Below are positions 52,907 through 63,073 of a stretch of 64,000 nucleotides of DNA, in pieces (position 1 is the first letter of the stretch; each line of letters begins with the position of its first letter). The notes beneath the pieces were generated by a model. That model did not search any database. It saw only the letters and a list, made by a program, of their open reading frames with translations, and was not told the origin of the DNA. The translations under genes and the position numbers were made by a program. This DNA is from a virus (lineage: Duplodnaviria; Caudoviricetes). The DNA lies in IMG/VR virus record IMGVR_UViG_3300020049_002269, positions 2,188-66,187 of that record; one strand, 5' to 3'.

Positions 52907-55255
52907 ATGCACATCACCTACAAACAGGCCCTAGAGGCCGGATGGGTCGTCTTCCCATTGCACCAGATCGTCAAAGACACCCACGGAAGCCTTTCCTGCG
53001 GCTGTGGCGACGTTAAATGCAGCGCCATAGGAAAACACCCACGCGCAAGCAGTTGGCAGCACACAGGCGTTTTTGACGAACATCAGCTGTCCTACCTTGA
53101 AGACGAGGAAGGGCAGTTCTTTGGCAATCAGCTTTTGCGCCATCACGGCGTGCTGTTGCCTGCGTCAAGCCTGCTCGTTGTGGACGTGGACGGGCGCAAC
53201 GGTGGATGGGCTAGCGCTGACAAACTGGCGCACATCCGCGCACAGGCGGGCTACATCGTCAAGACCGGAAGCGGCGACGGGGAGCACTGGTATTTCCACA
53301 TCCCCGCCGAGTGGCACGGACGCTCATTGGTGACGGGCCTGAAGGAATATCCCGGCATCGACTTCAAGAGCACCGGGTTCGTCGTTGGCGCTGGGTGCGA
53401 TCACTTCAGCGGTAAGCGGTACGAGGCTATTCACGGCGCACCGGATGAGGTTGACACAGCACCTGCAGAATTGTTGGAGATGCTGCACCGTGCAGAGCGC
53501 ACACGTTTTGTCATGGACGGCGCAACCATCGACTACAGCCATGAAGACCTCGCCGGTATTGTCATGGGCATCCGAAACGGTGGCCGAGACTATGAGCGCT
53601 GGATTCGTGTGGGGATGGGCATTCACCATGCGACAGGCGGGACAGATGACGGTTACGGGCTGTGGCTGCAATGGTCTGCCCAGAGCACATCTCATGACGA
53701 TCATCAGATGCCGATGAAGTGGCATTCGTTTGGCAAGAGCTCCAGCACCGTGACCATTGGAACCCTGATTGAATGGGCGCGGGCTGATGGGTGGCAGGCC
53801 CCGATTGTTTTCACAGACAAAACGGATTGGTGGCAATTGCCAGAGCCAACGGGGTCTATCGACTTGCTGACCCCTCCCGGCCTGGTTGGGGAGGTCTGCG
53901 CATGGATCAATTCCCGCTGTGCCATGCCGCGTGAAAACCTTGCAGTCGCTGCGGCGTTGCAGATCGTCAGCAATGCGGCAGGGCTGCACTATCTGGTGGC
54001 AGGGCGCAACACCAGCCTGAACCTGATCACGTTTGCCATCGCAGCAAGCCGTACAGGTAAGGGCGCGGTGAAACGGTGCATCAATGACGTTAACCGCGCC
54101 CTAGGCTTGGCACGCGCAGAGCATGGCAAGTTCAAGTCCAGCCAGGAACTGGTGCGAAACGCCATCCATCACCAACCCGTCATCTACACCTATGACGAGT
54201 TCGGCAAACAGTTAGAAAAGCTGGCAGGCTCTGGCAAGGGCAAGACGCCCTACCTGGAAGACCTCATGGCCGAGCTGATTGCCATGTACTCCGAGGCGAC
54301 AGGCGTTCACCAAGTCAGCGGCGACGTTAAGCGCGAGCTCATGGAAGAAGCTGACAAGGAAATTGCCAAGGCGTGCAAAGCGGCAGACCTAGGGGACAAA
54401 GAATCACCGAGCGACTACGCCCGTGAATTCCCGGACTCTGACCTTGCAAAAGCGTTGGAGAAGCGCCGCCAAGTGGAGAACGGCGTTGTAGAGCCGTACT
54501 TGTCGTTTTTCGGATTGTCTGAGCCCAGCTCGTTTGACGCTGCAATCAACGCTGACCCGTGGCTGTTGACGGGTGGCCTTTTGGGGCGTGCGCTGATCTT
54601 CACAGAGCCGGATGACGTTCCGGAAGAAAAGCCGTATCACCTGATCAACAATTCCGGTCTGCCTGAACACATCCTCATGCGCCTGTTGGCACTGAGAACG
54701 GGGGGAAGCGCAAGCATCGAAAAGGATGAACGCATTGAGCGAAATGGAGAATGGCGCTACATCGACTTTGACTCAGGCGCACAAGCCATGCTCACAAACG
54801 TGCGGCAATACTGGCGCGAAGTGGCTTTGATCGAGCGAGACGCGGGTAGCGGTCTGGCTAGCCAAGCACTCGGCGCGACTGAACTTTGCATCAAGGTCGC
54901 CGGGATTCTTGGTGCTGGTGGCGGCGTCATTACTAGCGTAGAGATGGCATGGGCACACGAACTGGTCAAGAAGGTAACGCACGCCAAAATCCGAAAGGCC
55001 AAAGCCGATGACAAGATTGAATCAACCGATACTGAAGAACGCGGGGCCGGGATGCTTGAATCCATCATGACGGCAGTGGATCAGGCAGGAGAGATCACGC
55101 CAGGCGTGCTACGCCAGAAGATCAGGGGCGGGCGCAAGATGGGGCCAAAGCCCATCCAATCCGCACTTGACCACCTCGTCGAAGTCGGCAAGCTGAAGGT
55201 CGAAATCCGCACGGGCAAGAAGGGCCGGTCGTTTTCTTACTACAGCAAAAAATAA
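52907..55255 (+). CDS. Bifunctional primase-polymerase with PriCT-2 and C-terminal helicase-like domain
   Basis: GWVVFPLH...C.C....C...GKHP, LLVVDVDGRNGG, TGSG.G.HWYF, YERWIRVGMGIH, SRTGKG; start MHITYK. Confidence 0.85.
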   Translation: MHITYKQALEAGWVVFPLHQIVKDTHGSLSCGCGDVKCSAIGKHPRASSWQHTGVFDEHQLSYLEDEEGQFFGNQLLRHHGVLLPASSLLVVDVDGRNGGWASADKLAHIRAQAGYIVKTGSGDGEHWYFHIPAEWHGRSLVTGLKEYPGIDFKSTGFVVGAGCDHFSGKRYEAIHGAPDEVDTAPAELLEMLHRAERTRFVMDGATIDYSHEDLAGIVMGIRNGGRDYERWIRVGMGIHHATGGTDDGYGLWLQWSAQSTSHDDHQMPMKWHSFGKSSSTVTIGTLIEWARADGWQAPIVFTDKTDWWQLPEPTGSIDLLTPPGLVGEVCAWINSRCAMPRENLAVAAALQIVSNAAGLHYLVAGRNTSLNLITFAIAASRTGKGAVKRCINDVNRALGLARAEHGKFKSSQELVRNAIHHQPVIYTYDEFGKQLEKLAGSGKGKTPYLEDLMAELIAMYSEATGVHQVSGDVKRELMEEADKEIAKACKAADLGDKESPSDYAREFPDSDLAKALEKRRQVENGVVEPYLSFFGLSEPSSFDAAINADPWLLTGGLLGRALIFTEPDDVPEEKPYHLINNSGLPEHILMRLLALRTGGSASIEKDERIERNGEWRYIDFDSGAQAMLTNVRQYWREVALIERDAGSGLASQALGATELCIKVAGILGAGGGVITSVEMAWAHELVKKVTHAKIRKAKADDKIESTDTEERGAGMLESIMTAVDQAGEITPGVLRQKIRGGRKMGPKPIQSALDHLVEVGKLKVEIRTGKKGRSFSYYSKK

Positions 55256-55316
55256 TCTTTGCATTGCAGTCATCTGTGATATGATGACTGCACATCAACA
55301 CAAAGGAGCACATCGA

Positions 55317-55514
55317 ATGATGGCTGAACTACTGGACGAAGTGCGAAAGCACGACCGGGCCGAGGTTTCGTACAAAACCGGCGTATCACTTAGCACACTC
55401 AACACCCTGCTAAGTGGCGCAAACCAAAACCCGACGATCGCAACACTCAACAAGTTGCGTGCGTTTTTGGACCAAAAGGAGGCTGAAAATGGGACTACTG
55501 GACAGGGCAAGTAA
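55317..55514 (+). CDS. Cro-like XRE HTH protein
   Basis: AEVSYKTGVSLSTLNTLLSGANQNPTIATLNKL. Confidence 0.75.
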   Translation: MMAELLDEVRKHDRAEVSYKTGVSLSTLNTLLSGANQNPTIATLNKLRAFLDQKEAENGTTGQGK

Positions 55515-56316
55515 GCCAGCACCAAAGCCGCCGATGCTGTGCATCGTGGGCTCCCCCGGAACAGGTAAGACAACGCTCGGCGCGTTGTTCCCTGGTGCGA
55601 TCATTGTGCAAGCTGAAGACGGTGCGGCAGTGTTTGAGAACTGGGACGATGACACACAGCCTGCTGTGTTGCCTCGCTTGCCCAAGTCAACGCCAGAGCG
55701 CAGCACCCGTGCGACGCTCATGCAGACGATGGACGAGCTGATCAACACAGATCACGGGTACAAAACGCTTGTCGTTGACAGCGTAACCAGCCTGCAAATG
55801 CTGTTTGAGCATGAAATCGCACTTCGTGATGGCGTCAACACCGTGGCAGATGCAAGCGGCGGTTTTCACAAGGGCTTTGCAGAGGTGGCATCTTGGCACG
55901 CTGAGTTCGTTTACAAGTGCGAACAACTGCGCGCAGTCAAAAAGATGGGTGTCGTTTTCTTGGCTCACAGTGGCATCAAGAAGATCCGAAACCGTCCTGA
56001 TGCTGCGGCTGACTACTCCGTGTTTTCACTTGACATGGACAACCAAGCATTGAGCGTGTACACGTCACAATGTGATGCTGTTCTGTACTTGCGCAAGGAA
56101 GAATTTGTGCAAGGCCAGGAGACTGACCGCAAGGGCCGAACGACCAAGTACGGGCGCCTGATGCAGACAGGCGAGCGCAAGCTGGTGACGACTGGTGACG
56201 GTACGGTCGGGTACATCAACGCAAAAAACCGATACGGTATGCCCGCCGAGCTGGACGTGCCACACGGGGAAAACCCAATCATCCCTTTTATCAAGTTCTA
56301 CGCGAAGGAGCAATAA
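55489..56316 (+). CDS. AAA_24 family ATPase (Sak4-like)
   Basis: GSPGTGKTT, YKTLVVDSVT, FLAHS, AKNRYGMP. Confidence 0.85.
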   Translation: MGLLDRASKPAPKPPMLCIVGSPGTGKTTLGALFPGAIIVQAEDGAAVFENWDDDTQPAVLPRLPKSTPERSTRATLMQTMDELINTDHGYKTLVVDSVTSLQMLFEHEIALRDGVNTVADASGGFHKGFAEVASWHAEFVYKCEQLRAVKKMGVVFLAHSGIKKIRNRPDAAADYSVFSLDMDNQALSVYTSQCDAVLYLRKEEFVQGQETDRKGRTTKYGRLMQTGERKLVTTGDGTVGYINAKNRYGMPAELDVPHGENPIIPFIKFYAKEQ

Positions 56317-56853
56317 ATGAGCTTTTGGACGACAAGCACCGGCGAGGCCGTGCAACAGGTTGGATCTTTTGAGGCGGGTGGTGGTGCTTTGGCTCCCATT
56401 CCTGAAGGGACGGCAGTTCTGGCAAGCGCTGAGGAATCGACCTGGAAAGAGTATCAAGGCGACCGATACATCAACATTAAATGGCGTGTTGCCAAGCCTG
56501 CCGAGTACGCGAACCGCGTCATCTTTCAGAAGGTGCGAGTGTGCGATGCTGACAGCTCAAAGGCAGACCGCGCAAAGCAAATGCTGGCTGCGATTGCCAC
56601 GAACACGGGCGGCGCTCTGTTCCAGTCGATGCAGAAGAATCGTGAGCAAGAGCCGAGCGACGCCAGCTTGTCTACGCTGTGCAATCGCCCGATGGTGCTG
56701 AAGCTCGGCGTGTGGGACATGAACGGCAAGACCGGCAACCACGTCAATGCGGTTTCGCCTCCTAAGTCTCAGACGGCTGCGCCAGCGCCCGCACCGAAGC
56801 CGAAGCCTGCGCCGGTTATTGATGACATGGACGACGAAATCCCTTTTAACTAA
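56317..56853 (+). CDS. ssDNA-binding protein (DUF669-like)
   Basis: PIPEGT...acidic C-terminal DDMDDEIPFN. Confidence 0.75.
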   Translation: MSFWTTSTGEAVQQVGSFEAGGGALAPIPEGTAVLASAEESTWKEYQGDRYINIKWRVAKPAEYANRVIFQKVRVCDADSSKADRAKQMLAAIATNTGGALFQSMQKNREQEPSDASLSTLCNRPMVLKLGVWDMNGKTGNHVNAVSPPKSQTAAPAPAPKPKPAPVIDDMDDEIPFN

Positions 56854-56957
56854 GGCTGTCAAGCCAAGAGCGGCGAAAGCTGCTTGACAGCCTAAAGTAT
56901 GGCAAAAAAAAAGCCGTATCAGAATAAACCGATACGGCTAAAAAGGAGCAATACCAA

Positions 56958-57866
56958 ATGCAAGCAAACGATAACACAGTCGAGCAACGCACGCAAGAAT
57001 GGCACGAGCAGCGCAAGTTGCGGATCACGGGTAGCCGTGTCGGGGCCATCTTGGGATTGTCGCCTTGGCAGACTCGCGACGACGTTCTGCGTGCGATGGT
57101 GCGCGAGTATCACGGCGCTCCTTCTGAATTTTTAGGGTCTGTAGCAACCGACCACGGCAATGCAAACGAGCAGCGTGCCGTTTTGGCTTTCATGCGTGAG
57201 ACTGGCCTGAACGTCGAGAAGTGCGGTTTCTTCCCGTATGGTGACCGCATGGGGGCAAGCCCTGACGGTCTGACTGATGACGGCGGTGTGCTTGAAATCA
57301 AAGTGCCTTTTGGGTTGCGCAACGAACCAAAAGCAAAGTTCAAGCCTCTTGCCGAGCAACCCCACTACGCCGCCCAGGTGCAGATGGAAATGCTTTCCGC
57401 TGGCCGCAAGCACGCTTATTTTGCGCAGTACATCGCACCGAAAGGCGACCCGCTTAGCCCAGACTATGTGCCAGAGCAAATCAACGTCGAGCGCGTTGAG
57501 CTTGACGATACATGGCTAGACCGGAACCTTGACGCGATCAGCCATTTCTACGACTTGTTGCTGTCCGAGCTGAACAACCCAGAGCACCTAGAACCGTTGC
57601 GCGTCATCATCGACGCACAGGAAGTCCTGGACGAAATCGACATGCTCCGAACGAGGCAGAAAGCAGACGAGGCACGCGAGAAAGAATTGCTGTCTGTGCT
57701 GATAAAACAGGCTGAAGGCAAAAACGCGCTGGTCAATGGCCGCAAGCTAACGTTGTCCAAAGACAGCAAGAGCGTAGCATACGCCAAAGCCATCGCGGAG
57801 CTTGCGCCAGACGCAGACCTTAGCAAGTGGACGAGCGTTAAGCGTGGGTCTTGGAGGCTCACATGA
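56958..57866 (+). CDS. YqaJ/lambda-exonuclease family nuclease
   Basis: QRTQEWHEQRKLRITGS, GASPDG, LEIKVP, YAAQVQ. Confidence 0.88.
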   Translation: MQANDNTVEQRTQEWHEQRKLRITGSRVGAILGLSPWQTRDDVLRAMVREYHGAPSEFLGSVATDHGNANEQRAVLAFMRETGLNVEKCGFFPYGDRMGASPDGLTDDGGVLEIKVPFGLRNEPKAKFKPLAEQPHYAAQVQMEMLSAGRKHAYFAQYIAPKGDPLSPDYVPEQINVERVELDDTWLDRNLDAISHFYDLLLSELNNPEHLEPLRVIIDAQEVLDEIDMLRTRQKADEAREKELLSVLIKQAEGKNALVNGRKLTLSKDSKSVAYAKAIAELAPDADLSKWTSVKRGSWRLT

Positions 57867-59677
57867 TCCATGCGCGTCCGTACCAACAGGAAGCACACGA
57901 TGCTGTGATTGAGCATTGGAAGCGCAGCACCCTGCCTTGCGTTGTAGAGGCTGCAACCGGGGCGGGCAAGAGCGTGATCGTCGCCATGCTTGCGCATACC
58001 TTGCACAATCTGTCAGGTGGTAAGCGCGTTTTGTGCCTTGCGCCAGGCGCAGAGCTTGTGACCCAAAACGCTGAGAAGTACAAAGCCATTGGCGAGCGGT
58101 GCAGCATCTACAGCGCCAGCGCGGGAAGTAAAAGCCTGCGCTATCAGGTGGTGTTCGCAACTGAAGGTACGTTCAAAAGCCAGGCCAAGCGGATGGGTCC
58201 TGACTTTGCGGGGGTGATCGTAGACGAGTGCCATCGGCTCACGCCCACCATCAGAAAGATCATCGAAGACATGCGCAGCGGCAATCCTAATCTGCGCGTG
58301 TGCGGTCTGTCTGCGACGCCTTTTAGATTGGGCGACGGGTTCATTTTTGGTGTAGATCCTGACGGTAAGGCCATGCCAGACACCATCGCTCGTGAGCCGT
58401 ACTTTCACCAGTGTGTTTACGCCATCTCGGCGCGGATGCTTCTCAGCATGGGATACCTGACTCCCCTGCGTGCTGCTGATATCAACGCGGAAAGCTATGA
58501 CACATCAGGGCTGAAGGTAAAAGCCAACGGGACATTTGACCCTACATCGCTGAAAGCCGCATTCGAGGGATGGGGCCGCAAGACAAGCGCGATCATTGCT
58601 GATGTGGTTGCGCAGACGCAGACGGCCACTGGCGTCATGATTTTTTCAGCGACAGTGCAACATGCCAAAGAGGTGATGGCAAGCCTTCACCCAGACAATG
58701 CACGGTTGATCACTGGCGAGACACCGAAGACAGAACGAGACAAGATCATCAAGGACTTCAAAGCACGCAAGTTTTTGTACCTTGTGAACGTTTCGGTGCT
58801 AACCACAGGGTTTGACGCAGAGCACGTCTCACACATCGCCATCCTGCGAGCTACCGAATCCGTGAGCCTTTTACAGCAGATCATGGGCCGAGGCATGAGA
58901 CTGTGCGAAGGAAAGCACGAATGCGTGGTGCTGGACTACGCTGGCAACATTGACAAGCACATGCCTGATGGAGACTTGTATGCTCCCCAGATCAAGGCTG
59001 CGTACCAGTCAAGCGGAGGCGGTGTAATTGAGTGCCTGTGCGAAGGATGCGGGCGTGTGAACCTGTTCTCGGCACGGCCTAACGATAGCCATTACAACGT
59101 GGACGAGTACGGGTACTTTGCAGACTTGGACGGAGAACGCATCACGGTGCAGAACCATAAGGGGGAAGCTGTTCCCATGCCTGCGCACTTCGGCAGGCGG
59201 TGCCAGCATGTACACCTGAGAACGGGTGAGCGGTGCGATTACTTTTGGTCGTGCAAGGTTTGCACAGTCTGTGATCATGCGAATGACATTGCTGCTAGGT
59301 TTTGCAGCGGCTGTAAGACAGAGCTTGTGAACCCGAACGACAAGCTGATCGAGTTCTTCACAGCTCACAAGAAAGACCCGACACTTCCCCAGACTGATCA
59401 GGTGGTGTCAATCGACTACGTGCGAGGGATCAGCCGTGCAGGCAACGACATGTTGACGGCCAACATTGTGACCAGTCGGCGCAAGTTCTCGGTGTACCTT
59501 TTGGAAAACAACAACTACGCAGCCGCAAAGAAGGCAGCGTTTGCGGCTGGAACGGGTGAGTTCGCGCGCACGCCAAGGACGATCACATACGTGAAAGACG
59601 GGGACTTCTGGAAAGTGCTAGGGTTTGATCGTCCTAGCGACGAGGAAGAATTGCAAAGGAGACTGTGTGAAGTTTGA
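57863..59677 (+). CDS. SF2 DEAD/DEAH-type helicase with C-terminal Zn ribbon
   Basis: ARPYQ, ATGAGKS, IVDECH, LSATP, LTTGFD, QIMGRGMR. Confidence 0.9.
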   Translation: MIHARPYQQEAHDAVIEHWKRSTLPCVVEAATGAGKSVIVAMLAHTLHNLSGGKRVLCLAPGAELVTQNAEKYKAIGERCSIYSASAGSKSLRYQVVFATEGTFKSQAKRMGPDFAGVIVDECHRLTPTIRKIIEDMRSGNPNLRVCGLSATPFRLGDGFIFGVDPDGKAMPDTIAREPYFHQCVYAISARMLLSMGYLTPLRAADINAESYDTSGLKVKANGTFDPTSLKAAFEGWGRKTSAIIADVVAQTQTATGVMIFSATVQHAKEVMASLHPDNARLITGETPKTERDKIIKDFKARKFLYLVNVSVLTTGFDAEHVSHIAILRATESVSLLQQIMGRGMRLCEGKHECVVLDYAGNIDKHMPDGDLYAPQIKAAYQSSGGGVIECLCEGCGRVNLFSARPNDSHYNVDEYGYFADLDGERITVQNHKGEAVPMPAHFGRRCQHVHLRTGERCDYFWSCKVCTVCDHANDIAARFCSGCKTELVNPNDKLIEFFTAHKKDPTLPQTDQVVSIDYVRGISRAGNDMLTANIVTSRRKFSVYLLENNNYAAAKKAAFAAGTGEFARTPRTITYVKDGDFWKVLGFDRPSDEEELQRRLCEV

Positions 59678-60104
59678 ATCATGGCTACCCGTCTACGGCG
59701 ATCAAACCTACCGAGGCGACTGCCCAACTGAATCAAACGAGCAAGTCACACTGTTCGCCAGGATCCGCAAGCGATGGCCCGACACAATCGGACGAGTTGC
59801 GATCCACCCACGAAACGAGGGAAAGCGCACCCCTGGGCAGGTCTGGCACCAGAAAGCCGAAGGCATGACGGATGGGGCCAGCGATGTGATAATCCCAGGT
59901 TGCCCTGCGTTTGTGCTCGAGCTTAAGAGACGAGACCATACTGCAAGCACATGGCAAAAAGGACAGGTTGAGTACCTTAAAGCAGCCCACGACATGGGCG
60001 CTTTTGTCTGCGTTGCCTTGGGGGCTGACGCAGCGATTGAGGCAATTGAATGTTACCTACTCATCACCACAAAGACGACGCCAAGTGGATCAAAGACCAG
60101 CTAA
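59667..60104 (+). CDS. VRR-NUC nuclease
   Basis: HPRNEGKR, GASDVII, VLELKR, Q.EYL; GTG start. Confidence 0.8.
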   Translation: MKFESWLPVYGDQTYRGDCPTESNEQVTLFARIRKRWPDTIGRVAIHPRNEGKRTPGQVWHQKAEGMTDGASDVIIPGCPAFVLELKRRDHTASTWQKGQVEYLKAAHDMGAFVCVALGADAAIEAIECYLLITTKTTPSGSKTS

Positions 60105-60289
60105 GAAAGCTGCCTCACCACCTGGCGAGCAAGGCTATGGAAGCGTATAGCAGCGTCTATCTGTCAGCGATAAACGCAGAGCCAGAGGAGCACAAGAAAG
60201 AGAACGCGGCACGTTTCTCAGCTAACAGCCGTCTGCGCATCTATGTTGGTAACGTGCTGAGAATACCCGACCCCACAACAAGGACATAG
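60050..60289 (+). CDS. Hypothetical protein
   Basis: 79-aa ORF overlapping the nuclease end. Confidence 0.45.
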   Translation: MLPTHHHKDDAKWIKDQLRKLPHHLASKAMEAYSSVYLSAINAEPEEHKKENAARFSANSRLRIYVGNVLRIPDPTTRT

Positions 60290-60346
60290 CCCCCAATCAC
60301 TGCGGGTAGTGCTATGATTTTTCTATCAACAACGAAGGAGAGTGAA

Positions 60347-61057
60347 GTGAACAATCTTGATCTTTTCGGACAAGAGAAGAACGCTGAAATTTTGAACGAG
60401 TTTCAACATCTTGTTGAGGCTTATGTTGCATCGCTTGATCTTGACGAGCGAGTGACGGTAATCAACGAAGTGCGCGAGATGCTGCACAAGATCAGCCCGT
60501 TCGCGTCTGAGCCTGTGGACTTTGTGAAGTGGGTAAAAAACCCGCTCGTTCATCAGAACGACTACAACCCAAACAGCGTTGCGCCTCCAGAGATGGAGCT
60601 GCTGCGCGTGTCGATTCAGGCTGATGGGTACACGCAGCCAATTGTGTCAATGCCTGATCCTGATGGGCGGTATGAGGTGATTGACGGGTTCCACCGTCAC
60701 CGCGTCGGCAAGGAGTGCGAAGACATTCAATCTCGCGTGCATGGCTACTTGCCATTGGTGCAAATCCGTGAAAGTCAGAAAGACCGCAACAGCCGCATGG
60801 CATCCACCATTCGGCACAACCGAGCACGCGGAAAGCACAAGGTCGAGGCAATGTCAGACATTGTTATTGAACTCAAGAAGCGTAACTGGTCAGAGGACAG
60901 GATCGCCAAAGAGCTTGGCATGGAGCCTGACGAGGTGCTGCGTCTTTGCCAATTGTCTGGCCTTGCTGAATTGTTTACAGATCAAGAGTTCAGCAAGTCA
61001 TGGGACATTGACGACATTGAAGATGAATTCACCGGACTTGATGAGGCGCAGGAATGA
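60347..61057 (+). CDS. ibrB: IbrB-like ParB/Srx-domain protein
   Basis: EPVDFVKWV, NDYNPNSVAPPEM.LL..SI..DGYTQPIV, IDGFHR, STIRHNRARGKH. Confidence 0.85.
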   Translation: MNNLDLFGQEKNAEILNEFQHLVEAYVASLDLDERVTVINEVREMLHKISPFASEPVDFVKWVKNPLVHQNDYNPNSVAPPEMELLRVSIQADGYTQPIVSMPDPDGRYEVIDGFHRHRVGKECEDIQSRVHGYLPLVQIRESQKDRNSRMASTIRHNRARGKHKVEAMSDIVIELKKRNWSEDRIAKELGMEPDEVLRLCQLSGLAELFTDQEFSKSWDIDDIEDEFTGLDEAQE

Positions 61058-61479
61058 AGCGCATCTATCACACATGGGATAAGTGGGAGTGCTATCCGGC
61101 AGGGTTCTACGAGAACAAGCCAAAGAACAAAGACCTTGATGATGAATCATGCAGAAACATGTATGCCGAATTCTTGCGTGATATCCCGATGTTTGAGGCC
61201 GCAATGCAATCCATCATCGATAGGTGGCCGAACTCATGCGAGCACTACCTTAGCAACGAAAGCATGAACCGAATCGCATGGCTTGGTCAGGCCGCAATGT
61301 GCTACGCATACGGCATACCTTCTGTGTTTCGGGGTGGTTTCAATCGCATGACGAACGATGAACAAGAGCGAGCAAACCAATCCGCACTCAAGTACTTGAA
61401 CCGATGGCTTGTGAAGCATGGTGAAAGTGCTTTGACGATGGAAGAAGCGCAGTCCAAAACCGAAGCAAACTTGTATTGA
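61054..61479 (+). CDS. Conserved hypothetical protein in the ibr module
   Basis: YHTWDKWEC...NRIAWLGQAAMC; coupled between ibrB and ibrA. Confidence 0.65.
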   Translation: MKRIYHTWDKWECYPAGFYENKPKNKDLDDESCRNMYAEFLRDIPMFEAAMQSIIDRWPNSCEHYLSNESMNRIAWLGQAAMCYAYGIPSVFRGGFNRMTNDEQERANQSALKYLNRWLVKHGESALTMEEAQSKTEANLY

Positions 61480-62678
61480 TCATGTCAACACTCAAAAAAT
61501 ACAAAGAGCAAAACGTACTTGATGCTGCGCGTGAGCGCATTGCGTATGCGTTTGATGTGTTTGAGCGCATCTATGTGTCGTTCAGCGGCGGCAAGGATTC
61601 AAGCGTCATGCTTCACCTTGTTATGCAAGAAGCCATCAAGCGTGATCGTATTGTTGGCGTGCTGATCGTTGACCTTGAGGCTCAGTACAGCGCCACCATT
61701 GAGCACATCCATGAAATGATCGCCATGTACAAATCACACATGGACTTGCATTGGGTGTGTGTGCCGCTAAAACTTCGCAATGCCGTCACGAACTACGAGC
61801 CTCAGTGGATGGCATGGCAACCAGAGAAAAAAGACATCTGGGTGCGCGACATCCCCAAGGATGCAACAACGCATTACGACTGGTATGTCCCAGGCATGGA
61901 GTTTGAAGAATTCATCGTGGTGTGGGGTGAGTGGTATGCACAAGGCAAACCGACTGGTGGGTTTATTGGCATCCGTGCTGACGAGAGCCTGAACCGATTC
62001 CGCACCATTGCAGTGTGGGATAAAAAGATGCACGGAGGAAAGCGCTACACCACAAACATCAGCGGAGATCTTTACAACGTGTACCCAATCTATGATTGGC
62101 GCACAGAGGACATTTGGCGATTCCATGCAAAGTATCCAGACCTGCCCCACAATCGCATCTATGACCTGATGCACAAGGCTGGAGTGCCAATCAGCCAGCA
62201 GCGGCTGTGCCAGCCTTATGGAGACGATCAGCGCAAGGGCTTGTGGCTGTATCACATACTTGAGCCTCAGACATGGTTTAAGTTGATCGCCCGCGTCAAT
62301 GGCGCAAACACAGGTGCCTTGTATGTTCAAGAAAACGGCAACGTGATGGGCTATAACAAGATCAACAAGCCAGATGGACACACATGGAAGTCCTTCACCA
62401 ATCTGCTTTTGCAGTCCTTGCCAAAGCCAACACGAGACCATTACATCAAACGGTTTCGCTCATTCATCAAAGGATGGCAAGGGCGCGGATACGCCGAGAT
62501 TCCAGACGAAGCGCCAAAGACTCTTGAAGACAAACATTGGGCACCATCATGGCGTCGCATGTGCAAGGTCTTGCTGCGCAATGACTGGTGGTGCAAAGGG
62601 CTTGGCCTAACTCAACCAAAGAGTGAGGCTTACGGCAAGTTTCTCGAAATCAAAAAGGCCAAGAAAGCCGACGCATAA
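61476..62678 (+). CDS. ibrA: IbrA-like PAPS-reductase/PP-loop protein (DUF3440)
   Basis: VSFSGGKDS, IGIRADESLNRF, YPIYDW..EDIW, QRLCQPYG, PSWRRMCK.LL.ND.WC. Confidence 0.88.
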   Translation: MIMSTLKKYKEQNVLDAARERIAYAFDVFERIYVSFSGGKDSSVMLHLVMQEAIKRDRIVGVLIVDLEAQYSATIEHIHEMIAMYKSHMDLHWVCVPLKLRNAVTNYEPQWMAWQPEKKDIWVRDIPKDATTHYDWYVPGMEFEEFIVVWGEWYAQGKPTGGFIGIRADESLNRFRTIAVWDKKMHGGKRYTTNISGDLYNVYPIYDWRTEDIWRFHAKYPDLPHNRIYDLMHKAGVPISQQRLCQPYGDDQRKGLWLYHILEPQTWFKLIARVNGANTGALYVQENGNVMGYNKINKPDGHTWKSFTNLLLQSLPKPTRDHYIKRFRSFIKGWQGRGYAEIPDEAPKTLEDKHWAPSWRRMCKVLLRNDWWCKGLGLTQPKSEAYGKFLEIKKAKKADA

Positions 62679-62689
62679 GCAACCAAAAG

Positions 62690-62717
62690 AAAGGCCCACC
62701 ACCACTAGCGGGCCTTT
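62690..62717 (+). terminator. Intrinsic terminator after ibrA
   Basis: AAAGGCCC-N12-GGGCCTTT. Confidence 0.5.
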
Positions 62718-62743
62718 CTCAACCAAGTCAAAGTAGGAGACCT

Positions 62744-63073
62744 ATGGACTTCCCAATCTACCAACTCCAAGCCATGCGCACGGCCAAGCCGATGGAGCCG
62801 ATTGACGACCTGATGCACGCAGCATTGGGCCTTGCTGGCGAGGCTGGCGAGTTTGCCGACGCCGTGAAAAAGAACTTTGTCTATGGTCGAGAGCTTGACC
62901 GTGAGAACGCTATTGAGGAACTTGGCGACATTCTTTGGTTTGTGGCGCTGGGCTGTAATGCTTTGGGCATTTCAATGTCTGATGTGGCGCAACGCAACAT
63001 TGACAAGCTGCGTCGTCGGTATCCTGAGAAGTACGAGGATGAGTTGGCTTACAAGCGTATGGACAAAGCATGA
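62744..63073 (+). CDS. MazG-like nucleotide pyrophosphohydrolase
   Basis: LGLAGEAGEFADAVKK...EELGDILWF...NIDKLRRRYP. Confidence 0.85.
   Translation: MDFPIYQLQAMRTAKPMEPIDDLMHAALGLAGEAGEFADAVKKNFVYGRELDRENAIEELGDILWFVALGCNALGISMSDVAQRNIDKLRRRYPEKYEDELAYKRMDKA

Noticed and set aside
60347-61057. Plasmid-prophage partition system
   Set aside because: The ParB-like domain is IbrB type and is coupled to ibrA; there is no ParA or parS array
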